Origin: Lama guanicoe
Taxonomy: Eukaryota
Reading direction: 5' to 3'
DNA length: 64,000 nucleotides
NCBI GenBank assembly: GCA_013239625.1
Contig: MU054338.1
Coordinates: 1,056,001-1,120,000, forward strand
Shown here: positions 45,101 through 57,233 of the stretch, piece by piece
Position numbering within the stretch: position 1 is the stretch's first letter
How the letters are laid out: every line of letters begins with the position of its first letter
Translations under genes and position numbers: made by a program
Notes under the pieces: generated by a model
Told to the model about the DNA's origin: nothing
Database searches by the model: none
What the model saw: the letters and a program-made list of their open reading frames with translations, nothing else

Positions 45101-48100
45101 CAGGGACTGGGGAAGGGCAAGGGCGTGCTGGCCATCCCGGTGAGGCAGCCCCATCCCCTCACTCAGGCCTGGGCGAGCTTCCTGCCAGGGTGGTAGGGCA
45201 CGGTGGCTCTGCAGGCAGCCCTCCCGGATGCCCCCTGCGGAGCCAGGGGCCTGAGCCGCTCAGGGGACTGTGCTCCCCTCAAGGGGCCCGGCACAGTGCC
45301 AGGGCAGGGCACACGGGGAAGGGGGCAGCTGGTTGGGCCCCAGGCTTCCGCTCCTCTCCCCTGAAACAGTGCCCACACTCTTGGCCTCTGAGAGCCTCTG
45401 GAGGTTTCTCTGGACAAGCAACTGTGAGGTATGACCATCACAGGGCAGGGACAGATCTAGCCTCGGGACACACAGGGTCAAGCAACACCAGGATACGCCA
45501 AGTGAATCCGGTCCCGCTGCCCCTTGGACACACCTCCCCTGTCACCTTCCAGCTGCTTCCTCCTGTCCCCCAACACCTGTCAGCTCAACACGTTGACCCC
45601 CCCGAGGCCTCTCTGCACCGCAGCCTCAACCAAGCTGACCAGCACCAATGTCTGCAAAGATTCGTGGAATGAATGAAAGGCGGACCTCGAACCACGGGCC
45701 CCTCAATGCCTTGAGCACGGGCACTCCTGCAGACACAGGCTTCGGTGGTGATCGGAAGAGACAGTCCCTGCTGGACAGACAGCTCCCAGCAGCCACACAG
45801 GAAAGGTAACTGGCCCTGAGTCCCCCATCTTCCCGTCTTTGTGGTGGCACTCTCGGGGACTGTGCTGGAGAAGGACAAGTCACAAGTCGGGGTGAAAAAA
45901 GGGAGCCCTTCCAGGCCCACTGCGGGTGGCAGCAATGCTGCGGGTCAGCCTCTCCTTCCCCCTCACAACTGCAGAGCATGAGGCCGTCCCGGGCCTTTCT
46001 CTGCGCTCATCTCCTTGCCCGGAATTCTGGACTGCTGCTCCCCTCTCCCCGTCACGCTTCCAGCCACCAGGCAAACTTCTACTCATCCTTTAAAGCCCAG
46101 CTCAGTAACTGCTTGCCTGGGGACACTTGCCTGACTCCCCTGCAACCCCAGGTGCCAACCACTCTCTCTCCTGGATTCCGGGCCATGTCTGTGCTGTTGG
46201 ACACCTCTCCTTCACTTCCAGAGTTCCAGAGCCCGGACCGCAGGTAAGCACAGGATTCAGACAGACTGGGAAGAGCCCTCGGAGGGCCCCAGGGCTGGCT
46301 CTTGAGTTTACAGTCAACACTGAGGCGCGGGTATTTCCACATGTGAGTGCTCATCCCCGCCAAGGCCACAGCTTGTGAGACGGCCAAGTCCCCAACCCCT
46401 GCCCCCAAGTACCCAGGTGCTGTGACCCCATCAGCCACCAGTCCTGTTCTGCAGCAAACTAAAGCAGCAAGCCTGAGAGCAGGCCCCCTGCCTGCCGCCC
46501 ACATAGCCCTTCACAGAAAACCTCAGCACTCGGGGCACCACGGGGCCGACTGCTTTAAAACTGCCAGCACACGGGCCTGCTTCCTCAAGAGGCGCAGGCT
46601 GACTGCCACAGGAACTCATGAGGGCCCGCCACCGTGAAGGCGGACAGGTGGCCGGGAGATACCTCTGTGACACTCCGACTGGAGTCTGCCTGACCACTTC
46701 CCAGCTTCCATGACCCGAGAACCTCCCTCCGCACTTGGCATTTCCTTCTCGGCGTCCGCTTTTTGTTGTGAATCAGACCCCGACCAATGGAAGAATACCT
46801 GCCGCACACAGACACCTGAAAGAACAACAAACCGAGTTCCTGTGCACCACCGCCAGGCTTAAAAATCATCTGCCTGTCGCTAGGAATCATTTTGTAAAGG
46901 GGAATCTGAGGACAGACTGGGGGTGGAGGAGGATGGCAAAGCAGAAATGTTCTGCAGCACAGCTAAGAGAGACAGGAGAGAAGTACTCTTTGTTGAGAGT
47001 CTACATTATGACCCCATTTCACAGAAGAGACAACTGAGGCCCAGGCAATTATACTGACCAGCAGGAGGCCAGGCCTCCCAAGGCCAGGCTCCTCGCACAA
47101 TGGAAAGTGAAGCCCAAACGCATTCCCTTGGGCTCCACTCCACCTGCAGGGGCTGAAAGCTGCCGTGGCGCTTACACGTACTCTCTGAAGGATGCTGAGG
47201 ACAGTGGTGGTGGGGCTACAGTTCAGCCCCCGCACGGTCCCCTGAGCTCACCCAGCTGGCCTGGCTGTCCCCACCAACCCCGACCTGGGCACTTGGGCTG
47301 CTCTGCCTCTCCATACCCAGAGGGGATTTTCAGGGTTTTTCCCGTCCCTACAGGCCTTGGCCAGCTCTCCCCCCAGCTCCCAAATACAGATGCAGGCCAG
47401 GTGCTGGGACACTGATCAGGCTCCCCAGTCTTGCTTGGCACCACTGGCACTTGGGGCTGGATGAACTGTGTGCAGGGGAAGGGGTCATCCTGGGCACTGG
47501 AGGGCACTGAGCAGCACTCCTGGCCCCCACGCTCTCACTGCCAGGCGCACCCCCAAGTCGTGAGAGCCACAGATGGCCCAGGTAGCACTCTGTGCTCCCA
47601 AGGTGGGAGACACTTTTTTACTGACTGACACTAAGCAGAGAATCCTAAAGTACCAAAATCAGCTTTAGGTGCAGGTACACACTTAGTCGGACGGCCCAAG
47701 CCTGGATGTGGGCAAGAGGGCAGGGATTTAAAGCTCCCCAGGTGCTCAAAGAGGGGCCACGAGGTGTAGGAACCACAGGCCTGGGGAGGGCTCGCACCTC
47801 GCTGGGGTTTGTGGAGTCTCAGCAAAAACACCCAACTTAATCAGTGCGGCAGGAGCACAGCCATGGTAAAAAGACACGAGGCCCTTGGTCTCCAAGGCGG
47901 GGAGGGAGCACAGCAAGCTGGCAGATGCACGTGGGACTTGGGGCAACGTACACATTTTCCTTCTGACTTCCTGGTATTCACCAGTGTTTTTAAAATGACC
48001 ATTACTCCAAGTCCAGAAAAAAAGGGCTCTGAACGGAGACAACCTGTCCAGGCTGCCGCCACCTGGGATGCTGCCCCTGAAGACAAGGGGTCTGGGCCGG

Positions 48101-51100
48101 ACTGCACCACCACCAGAACCTGGGTTCTTCTCATCCTGGTGTAAGAGATAAATTTAGCGCTGATAATGTTCACAGAGAGCACTGTCCTGAAAGTCTACAG
48201 TAACTCCCCACCATCCCATCTTTACAGAAAAGTCAAGAACAACAGAACTGCCCCCCACCCAATGGCAGTGAAGGGTCCTCCAGGAGGCTGCAAGCTTCAG
48301 TCCCAAGCTCGGTGGCCCCACCCCCTGGGGCTGGCATTGCACCTGGGCACACAGCTCCCCGGGGGCAGGGAGCTGACACTTAAAGAGAAAGTGGCCTCAG
48401 CAAGAAGCAGCCTACAACCGGGGTTCTTATCAGGGTGACCCTGCCCCCAGGGACACTTCGCAATGTCTGGGGACGTCTGTGGTTGTCACGCCTGGGGGGC
48501 TCCTGGCATCCACTGGGGCTGGGGCCCGGGATGCTGCTCCACACCCCTCCAGCACCCAGGACACCCCCGCTGAGAGTGACCTGTGCCCAAGGCTTCTGCT
48601 GTTCCTCCTACCAGCCCTAGAGCTCCCAACCCAGCCTAAGTGAGAGACCCCGGCTGGCCTGACGGAAGACCATGCTGACAGCCAGCAAGCAAAAGCACTC
48701 CAGGGCCCTCGAGCACCCGGGCCAGGCCTCCAGACACCAAAGGCAGTACTGCTCTCCGCTGGGGTTTTCTCCCCGTGCCAGCTCTGCCCGAGGCGGAGGG
48801 AAAGGGACACAGCAGCTCACCCCGGAGAGCACACGTCAGACCCAGGAAAGCAAACTTAGTCTGGTCTCTGCAGGCACACTCAACAGGGCAGTGGGAAGTC
48901 ACCCCACGTGAAACCCGCGGGCGTGCAGCCCACAGGGAAGACAGCTAAGGGCAGCAGAGCCAGCGGACCCCTCAGGGGCCTCTTACCGCCGCCGCATCCC
49001 CCTGTTCCAAGTCAGCTCAGAGAAAATAAATTGAAGCCCACCCTCTGCTGGGAAGTGCTGGTCTCTCTGGCTCCACCCCCTTCCCTGGCTAAGTGCTCCC
49101 CTGGAGAAGCAGGCCTGTTTTCAGGATTCCAGACCGAAAAGGCTGCTGAGGGCCTAATCAGAGACCTCAGGGGGAGGGCTGACCAGGGAGCCACCACTGC
49201 CATGCAGCTGGGGCCACTGCTGCCTTCTGGTACGTCTCAGTGCTCAAGTCAGGCAACACCACCTTTCCCAGCCTCAGGGCAGGACTCTGAGTCCAACACA
49301 TGACTCGTGGGTCCCACAAGTGCCTAGAAGCAGGAAGGTGGTAAGGGGGCAAAGGCCTGACAGCCCAGACTCAACCCCATCTCCCCCACTTACCGGCCAT
49401 GTGGACACAGGTGCGTGGCTTCCCCTCTCTGGGCCCCAGTCTCCTCATCTGTAAAACGGGACAATCATCCCTACCACTGTTTAAGGCTCGGAAAAACACC
49501 ATGCCTTAGGGTGTGCTGCAGTAACTGGGCCCTCCCACAGCCCAGTACGGAGGTGGCAATCCTGGAGCACAGGAAGGTGGATCTGAGGGCCAGAAGGAGG
49601 GGCATCCCTGCCCAGCCATGACACGGGCCCCAGACCCTGCTGGAAGGCTCTGGAGGCCAGAGACCCAAGGCCAAAGGAGCTGGGCCATACAGGATCCCCA
49701 TGTCCCACCTGCAGGCAGCAAATCACCCAGCACCTTAGCATCCCTGCCTGGCCAACCCTTGCCAGAACACCTCTGCCCAGGCTGAGCACATCTGGTCACA
49801 AGTGGACTCAGCCAAAGGCTGGACTGTTGCAGTCCCATCAAGCCTGATGCAAAACGGCTTTGTCAAAATCTGCAGCAGGAGGTAGCTGAAAGGGAGGGGG
49901 AGGCCTAGGTACACGCTCTCCCCTAGCCTACTCAGAGGGCGGCCCATGAGCATGCCAGAGGAGGAAACAGAGCGACGGAGAGGCCCCACAGCAAGAAAGA
50001 GGCTGAGCTGGGGTCTGACCCAGCCTTTCCACAGGGCAGGAAGCGTTCTACCAGAAGAAAGCAGAGCCCCCCCCCACCCCCGCCAGAGATGGGAAGAGGA
50101 CCGCTTGTTCTCACCTGCGAAAGGAAAACGCAGACGTAGTGGGGTCAGGGGTAGGCAGCTGCGATTTTCCTGCGGGAAAGTGAAGCAGACAGGGCTACAT
50201 CACCAAATGGGCTCTCAAAAAGGATCCTTTAGGAAACTAATTGGCCATCTGTGATGTAGAAAAGAACCAAGAAACTGACTTGGCGTGGGAGGAACACGTG
50301 AGGAGAGAAATCAAACCTCTAGAGTTCAGAAGGCTCAAAGGCGACACGTGGGCCTGGAAACAAGTCCAACATCAGTGGTGGAAGGTAGTCCCACCCTCTC
50401 TGTCCTGATGGTGAGGAGCCCAGAAGTCGGCAGAACACCACTCTCCACGCCCAGAAGTAAACAGAACAGTTGAAAAACTGCACTGCAACTGCTGCAAGGC
50501 CTCCCACGCTCACTCCCTTCCCCACCAGAGCTGGGGTGAGGCACCACCTGAAGCTAAGACACCTGTGGGCACGTGTGTATTCCCTTCACACACAGAGGCT
50601 CCTGAAGGCCAGGCCCGCGCCTCACGCAGCTGTGAGCCCCTGGCCTGGCAAAGGTGTGGAGCCAGACAATGAATGTGCGCATCTGGCCAGCTGCAAACAG
50701 TTGGCTGCAGGTGCCAGTGGTCTGAGCAAATTTATGGTGGAAGTTTGAGAAAACTGTCTTTTTTTTTTCCTGGCAAAATGGGCCAACAGGCCTATTACTT
50801 AATCCTAGTGAGTGTGTTCCTCCTTTGAAGCAGGAAGGCTCTAAGACGAAAATCATTGTTTTAGGGAGAAACAAGGATAGGATAGCGAACTCAGGCCTGA
50901 TGGGAAGGCGAACCAGTCCAGAAGGACAGAGGCCACAGCAGGAGTCCGAGTTCCACTCAGCAGGAATACCACCACACTGAATCCTCCCTCCAAACCGTTC
51001 CTTGCGATGTCCCTCTTTTCCCCCGTTCTTAATGTCTCAAGTCCCACACTTCCTACAAGCAGCACTGCCTGATCCGGGACGGCTCTCACCAAACTACCAC

Positions 51101-51861
51101 GACACGGATCATCACCCCGATGATGCGATGTGTGGTCCATGAACGGTCTCTGCCCAACCAAAAGCAGGGCATTCCTTGGAAGCCCCCCAAGCCCCGCCCC
51201 GCCAAGTGGGCCTGACTTACTCCGCGACGGGTCGTGTCTGGCACGGGACTCAACATACAGTAGTGCTCCTAAGTCAGACACTACTGATACCACTATTGTA
51301 AACGGGTGACCAGTACCAGAGGCGCGGCGGGGGAAGCAGCGTGGAAATAAGCAAGGGCTACCACCAGCACTCGGGGCCGGGGAAGCGGCGGGAACGGTTC
51401 CCAGGCAGAAGCGCTGGGCCTGCCAACCGGGGTCGGCCGCGCTCGGCCCGTGTTACCGAGCTCCACCGTCGCGACACCGCTAGGAGGCAGGTCCTCTCAT
51501 TGTTTACGTTTTTACATTCGTGGAAACGGAGGTTCACATATGTCCTGAGCCTTGCACTGGGCCCCGGGGTGGGTGGTCCCGGCTTGGGGGACGTTCGCTC
51601 GCGAGCGTGTGAGGAGAGGGCCGGGCGGGGCACGGGGGGCTAAGGAAGCCCGGGCGGTGAGTCCACGCCCAGGCCGGAGAGCCGAGCCTGGGGGCGGGCA
51701 TTACCTGCTGCGGGGGGCGCCGCTCCGCCTCCGCCGGGAGCGCCGGGGCCCCGGGCCCCGCGGTGCCGGAAGTGACAGTAGGGCCGCCGGCAGGGCCCCC
51801 CGGGCGCCCCAGCCCAATAGGGGCAGTCTATGGCCCGGAAAAAGCCGGTGGAGCGTAGCAT
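30145..51861 (-). CDS. REXO1: RNA exonuclease 1 homolog (Elongin A-binding protein 1), 16 coding exons, 1219 aa
   Basis: Exons (minus strand): 51705-51861 ([16 protein letters not shown]...[10 protein letters not shown]), 38227-39977, 37255-37359, 35911-36121, 34116-34279, 33660-33791, 33461-33584, 32682-32795, 32439-32576, 32175-32288, 31758-31831, 31475-31585, 30902-31017, 30598-30736, 30303-30423, 30145-30233. Total 3660 nt, all GT/AG, phases consistent. DEDDh motifs [14 protein letters not shown] and HSSSEDA are present. Ends [11 protein letters not shown]. Confidence 0.97.
36420..37000. repeat. Diverged ~300-bp tandem duplication in REXO1 intron 3
   Basis: aggcacag...gattagatcctgct...caatcttctctagac...agcttggagc..tgtcttctgccc.agccttccctgc.ctagcacact...ccaaggctcagagagg...agatcacacag occurs at 36420-36700 and again at 36720-37000. 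Confidence 0.9.
48419..48600 (+). mobile_element. MER20 (hAT-Charlie) DNA transposon relic
   Basis: ctgcccccagggacacttcgcaatgtctggggac...ggttgtcac...ctcctggcatc...gggatgctgct matches the MER20 consensus as recalled. Confidence 0.75.
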
Positions 51862-52340
51862 GGTCCGTCCCGCGGCGGGGCCCCGGCCGGGAGCCGCCCG
51901 GGCCCCCGGGCCCCTCAAAGGCGCCGCGGTCGCCGCCGCCCGCGCCTCACGGACCCCGCCGCCGCCGCCATCTTGCTCCGAGGTCCCCAGAGGCCCCCAT
52001 GACGCCGCCGCAAGGGACCCCGGGAGCGGCTGCCCCAAGTGCGCCTGATCAGAAACGCCTGCTCCGGCGGGACCGAGGCGGGTCGCGGAACCATGGTCCG
52101 GGACAGGCGGCCGCGGCGGGAGGGATGGTGGGAGTGGGCTGCCCTGCCTGAGGCCTGCAGAAGCCTCGGCGACGCCGCCGCCCGGCCCTTGGTGGCGGCA
52201 GCAACGCCAGCTTAAGCCCCAGGCCCCGGCTTCGCCCGGGCTGTCCAAGGCGCGCCTGATCAAAACAAAAGCCCCTCAAAGTCCCGATTATGGCTAATTT
52301 GCATTTAATTTTTGTTTATTAGCATATTTTCCCAAAGCGC
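51320..52340 (-). promoter_or_regulatory. REXO1: REXO1 CpG-island promoter with YY1, ETS and octamer motifs
   Basis: CpG-rich region around exon 1. YY1 consensus CAAGATGGCGGC (minus) at 51964-51975, CCGGAAGT at ~51766, ATTTGCAT at 52297-52304. Confidence 0.8.
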
Positions 52341-53089
52341 CCTCTGCCTGTCGATGCGAGTTCTGCGGGCTCTTCTCACCTGTACTCGGGAACTCGCACC
52401 TGTTACCCGGTTCAGGTTTGAAACTCGACTCCGCCTGCTTGACTTTCAGTAAGTGGTCAATTTCCCCAACCTGGACTCTTGCCAGCAGTCTAATCCCCGG
52501 GTCCACCAGCTGAGTCCTGTTTCGATTTACTCATTTGTCCACCAAATATTGAGCACCTACTGTATACCAAGTTCCTGCCCTAAACCGTATTTTATCCATT
52601 CATTAGCTGACGGACATTCAGGTGGTTCCCGTCTTCTGTCTATTGTGAATTGTGCGGCTGTGAACATATGCGTACGTGTATCTGAGTACCAACCACTTTT
52701 GTTTCAGTACTAGTTTTTAAAATGATGTAAATTTGTTTGACGCCCATTTTTTTAATTTGGGGATATGCCACATAAAATTACAATTCCCAGCCTGTCCACC
52801 AGCTGGCAATTGCCAAAGATCTCCCTGTGAACAGGAAGTGGTCTGTGCAGGTCACCTGTCCCCTCTCCCAGCCCACCTCTCTTGGAGGTAAGACCTCAGC
52901 CCCTTGGCCCCGTGGACATTTGGGCTTGAAACCTTACTTTCCCCAGGGCGTCCTGATGCCTCTCCTCCACTGCCAACAGGAGGGTGGACGCCTGACCATG
53001 GATGGCCCTGACGATGGTAGTGAAGTGAAGTGAGGTCACCCCTGAACTTGCATTTAGTAGGTGGTCCATCTATGCTTGCAGACCTTGGT

Positions 53090-53700
53090 CATTTTTTCAA
53101 CATTTACCAAGGACCTACTATGTATGTGCCAGACACAGCAATAGAAACATCAGTGAACAAAGTAACGAACCCCACCCGGGGAGGGGGGCAGTGTTCTAGA
53201 TGGAGACAAACAACAGGAAATGATCAAATGAGGTATCTCGATACAAGGCGAAAAATATTGTGGGGGGAAGTAGAACAGGGTAGGGGGCTGGGAAAAGGGG
53301 TGGTCTACGTAGTCCTGCGGGAAGGTGGGATTTGAGCTGTTTTGAAGAAAGGAATGAGGAAAGCATACAGGGATCTGGGGGAGGGGCACTCCAGGCAGAG
53401 GGCAAAATATGTGCAAAGGCCGCGGGGCAGGACCGCACCAGGCGTGTGGGGGGAACAGCGAAGAAGCCTGTGTGTTCCAGGTGGGCCATGATGAGGTTGG
53501 ACCAGGTGGCGGTAGAGGAGGGAGAAGGGGGTGGATTCTGGATATGTTTTGAAGGCAGAACTTAAGGGAGATTTTCAGATGGACTGGATGTGGGTAGTGA
53601 GACAAAAAGGGGAGTCAAGGGTGAACCCCCCCAAAGATTTTGGCCTGCACACGTGGAAAGATGGAGCTGCCAGTGACTGATGGGAAGCTGGCCAGGGCAG
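53090..53700 (-). mobile_element. LINE-2 3' fragment
   Basis: ttcaacatttaccaaggacctactatgtatgtgccagacac...atgtgcaaaggcc...gatggactggatgtggg is typical antisense L2 3' sequence. Confidence 0.7.
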
Positions 53701-54419
53701 ACTGGGGATGGGGGTAAGAACACCTTAGGTCTGGAGCTGAGGACGAGGCCAGCTGGCAGGGACCAGGGGTGTCCTCAGCACACAAGGGGACCTGAGCCTA
53801 GTAGGGAGTGGCAGAGGTCCTGGAGGCTGCCTGTCAATGGAGGCCCACGAAGCCGAGGGGAAATCTTGGAGCTATTTCCGGGGCACATGCAAGTGCGTGC
53901 AAGAGGGACTGAAGGGAGGGGCTGCACACGTCGACCCAGAATTCCAGGAACTCTGCCACAAAGGGGCACAGAAGCCTGCCAGAGCTGGAGGGGGACGGGG
54001 TTTAGGGAGCGGTATCTCCAGACTTTCGGGCCAGAATCCAGTAGAATGGGAACATGGGTGAAACAGGAGCAAGAGGAGGGTGCCAGATGGGAGTCATTCT
54101 CGAGTTAAGGCGAGGGCCCCGTGCCGAGGTTAGGGCGACCTTGTTGGCCCCAAGGGCAGGCAGGACCCTGGGGAGGGGTTGGCCGGAGCCGGTGGTGCAA
54201 TACCAGCATCGACCACCAGGTGGCGGGACCGGTGCGTTCCCGGGCACGAGAAGCAGGGAAACCCGTGGGGAGGGTCTGCGGTCCCCCCCCACCGCAGCCC
54301 CAGCGGCCTTCCGGGCTCTAGAGACGGCTAGAATCTGGGATGCACTTTTCCTAAGAAGGGGTTCAGGGTCCTCACTAGCTTCTCAATGCTCCCGAGGCCC
54401 CTTCCCCTCCTAGCCCCCT

Positions 54420-54720
54420 TCCTATTGTGAGCTAGTATACAGCGGGACGACTGGGCACCGGAGCCTTGCGGGGCTCGGATAGCGGGGTGTGAGCTGGCCA
54501 GGGGTCCGGGGACCCTCCGGGGAGAGCCCTGTGGCACCCGCGAGTGGCCGGTGGAGCGCGGGATCCCTCCCACCGCCGGAAGGGGGCGGACAGCAAACGC
54601 CCCCGGGCGCCGTGTCACCGCGCCTCGGTTGCCGGGTAACCGGGAAGGCGGGCTGGGGGCGCAGCTGCGCGAGGCGTGGGTGACGCCGGACTGTGGCGCG
54701 CGCTGCTGCTGCCCCCTCCC
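54420..54720. promoter_or_regulatory. Small CpG island with an RFX X-box between the KLF16 3' end and the REXO1 promoter
   Basis: CpG-dense stretch containing the near-perfect palindrome CGGTTGCC-G-GGTAACCG at 54626-54642. Confidence 0.6.
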
Positions 54721-54942
54721 TGGGCTTTAGGGCTGGGAGGCGTTATTTTGTGTCCCAGACAGTGGGGCCTTGCCAAAACCTACAACAGGTCCCCGGATTC
54801 ACTGGCCCCCTGCCTGTTTCCCCAGGAGAAGGCTGAGGACCACATCGGCGAGGGGGACAGAGGGGTTCAGAGGGCTCACCGGCTTGGATCCGCCGAGAGG
54901 AAAAACCACACAGGCTCTGGAATCGGGTTTAAAAAAGGCTTG

Positions 54943-54948
54943 TTTAAT
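54943..54948 (-). terminator. KLF16: Probable KLF16 polyadenylation signal ATTAAA (3'UTR ~2 kb)
   Basis: tttaat in an isolated AT-rich patch (54930-54960) about 2 kb past the stop codon, followed by a U-rich run on the minus strand. Confidence 0.6.
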
Positions 54949-56931
54949 TAATTAAATACAAGGATGAGGCCAGGTAGGGCAGGGGGTCACCCTGAAGCAC
55001 AAGTCCCTTGGGGCCATGCACCCCCCCCTCCTTGAGAGGCCCCAGCTAAATGGCTGAACTAGGTCCCAGTGACCACCAGTCCCTCCAGGCCCCTGGACAC
55101 TGGAGAGGAGCCAGGGGACAAGTTCTCAGTTGGACCCTCAGACTGCAGTCTACCTCCTGCAGACAGGCACCGGCCAGGGCTGGTACAGTCAAGACGGCAG
55201 ACACAAAGGGAAAAAAGGCCCCGGCTGGCCCCCTGCACCCCATCCCTATCCCCAAACTAAGGCATCTACCACCGGCCCACTGAAGGACAGATGGGCCAGC
55301 CCAGCTCCCAAAGAGCTTCTCTGCCTCCCTCCCCAGGACCCCAGGAAGCCGTCCCTGGATCCTGCCAGGGCCGGTCCGGGTCCGAGCCAGTGCCATCCAA
55401 GCCCCCTAGCTCCCAGGTGGGAGAGTGCAAGGTTCTAGAACAAATGGGGATGCCACAGACCTCCTGCAGCCAGAGGCCGGAGGGGTGGGGCACGGAGTAG
55501 GCCCTCCCAGGGTCTCAGACAGGGAGCCTGGGTCCCTTCCTGTTCCAGGGTGAGGAGGTCTTCAGTCCCTCTGTACAAAACAGCATTTACCCTTCCCCAT
55601 CCTAAGTCCAGATCAGAGACCCTTCCCCCACACCCACAACCCCTGAGGACAACAGACCACCCACTGGGGCCCAAATCAAGGAAGGGATTGGCGCCTGAAA
55701 AAATAGTCTATCCGGTCCGAAAAAACTGAGCTATCCCAGGGGGTTCGGGGATCAGCCCTCCTGCTTCCCGCCCGTGTGGACAGGACCTCGACCACCGGTC
55801 CAGGGGCCCTGCCGCACAGGGGGTCATGCGGGGGAGAAGGGCCCCGGCGCGATGGAGACAGGGTTCCCGGCCTCCTTACCCCCACCTGCAAGAGGGGAAG
55901 GGGTGCACCTCGCCCAATGGCTGTCGTGGTCCCAAGTCCCAAATCAGAGGGAATGATTGTCACGTGGTACTGCACAAGGCCGAAGTCGGGGGCTCTGCCC
56001 CTGCACGGGGGGCCGCTGTGGCGCCAGCTCCCCCCAGTCTCTCACTCATACACTCGCACACCCACCCAGAGTGGGGCAGTAGAGCCCCCCACCAGCAGAG
56101 ACAGAGGAAAATAAATAAACCTGCATTCATTCCCATCTCCTAATATCCCCCCAAGTGAATCAAATTGCTCTTTGGAAGAACCCCTGTTCTGCCCCTCCCT
56201 CCCCCAAGTCTCAGAAGCAAAACCAGGACCTCTATGGAAACCCTACCGCCTCCCCCCTTCCACTCTCACCCCCCTTCCCCCGCGCGGCTGAGAAGCTGCG
56301 TGGCCCCTCCCAAGGGCAGTGGGGCAGAACCTATGGACACCTGAGATTGAGTACCCGAATGGGGGCGGCCAGGCCGCACCCGTTTCCCTGAACGTCTCCA
56401 ATGGCTTTCTGTGGGGGTGAAGGGTTCCAGGGGGCGGGCGGGACAGGAGAAAGCCCACAGGAACCCCCTGGTTCACCTATGGCCCATTCCACACTTCATC
56501 CCAACCCAGAGAGAGAGGCTGGGGGGACCAAGTCTGAACACTGGTTAGGGGGTGCCTTTCCTGGGCTACCTCCCCCCAAGGCCCACACCTCCCCCAAAGG
56601 AGGGAGGTGGCGAAGGGGGGAGGGGAACGCCTTCTGGCCACCGCCCACCTGGGGTCACTGGTGAAAGGCTGGGAAGAGTTCTCGATCATGGCTATATACA
56701 GACACGGCCGCTACCCCTCCCGAGAGCAGCCTCCAAGGCCCTGATGACCTGGTCCAGTCTCAGACCCCCTCCGTGTTTTCTTTAGAGAGGCAGGGACATC
56801 CTGGGGGCCCTCGGGGTGGGGGGTACACTGGAAGGGGCGGGGCTGGCGGTCAGTCCGAGCCCCGCCCCCGGACAGCAGGCATGTTGCTGGTGCTCCAGGC
56901 CCAGGCCCAGCGGGGCAGCGGGACCAGGGCT

Positions 56932-57233
56932 CTACAGGCCAGCGGGGGCCGGGCTGGGCACCGGGCTGGGTGCAGGGCTGCCCGCCAGGCTGCAGGGCAG
57001 CGAGTCGCTGGGAGAGGTGCTGCGGGCGCCTGGGCGCCGGAGCAGCTCCGGGCGGAAGCCGGGGTGGCGGCGCGCGTGCTTGGTCAGGTGGTCACTGCGG
57101 GTGAAGCGCTTGGAGCAGAGCGGGCAGGGGAAGCGCTTCTCGCCCGTGTGCGTCCGATGGTGGCGGGCCAGCTCGTCGGAGCGCGCGAACTTCTTGTCGC
57201 AGCCTGGCCAGTCGCAGGCAAAGGGGCGCTCAC
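56932..57233 (-). CDS. KLF16: Kruppel-like factor 16, last coding exon (C2H2 zinc fingers 2-3 and C-terminus); exon 1 lies beyond the window end
   Basis: Acceptor cacag|GT at 57234/57233. Translation [100 protein letters not shown], with TAG at 56934-56932. Sp/KLF finger signatures RSDEL and RSDHL are present, and the gene order next to REXO1 matches. Confidence 0.95.

Noticed and set aside
51640..52263. 207-aa ORF suggesting an N-terminal extension of REXO1
   Set aside because: It starts at a non-ATG codon in GC-rich promoter sequence and reads past the splice donor. The MLRSTGFF start at 51861 matches the known protein.
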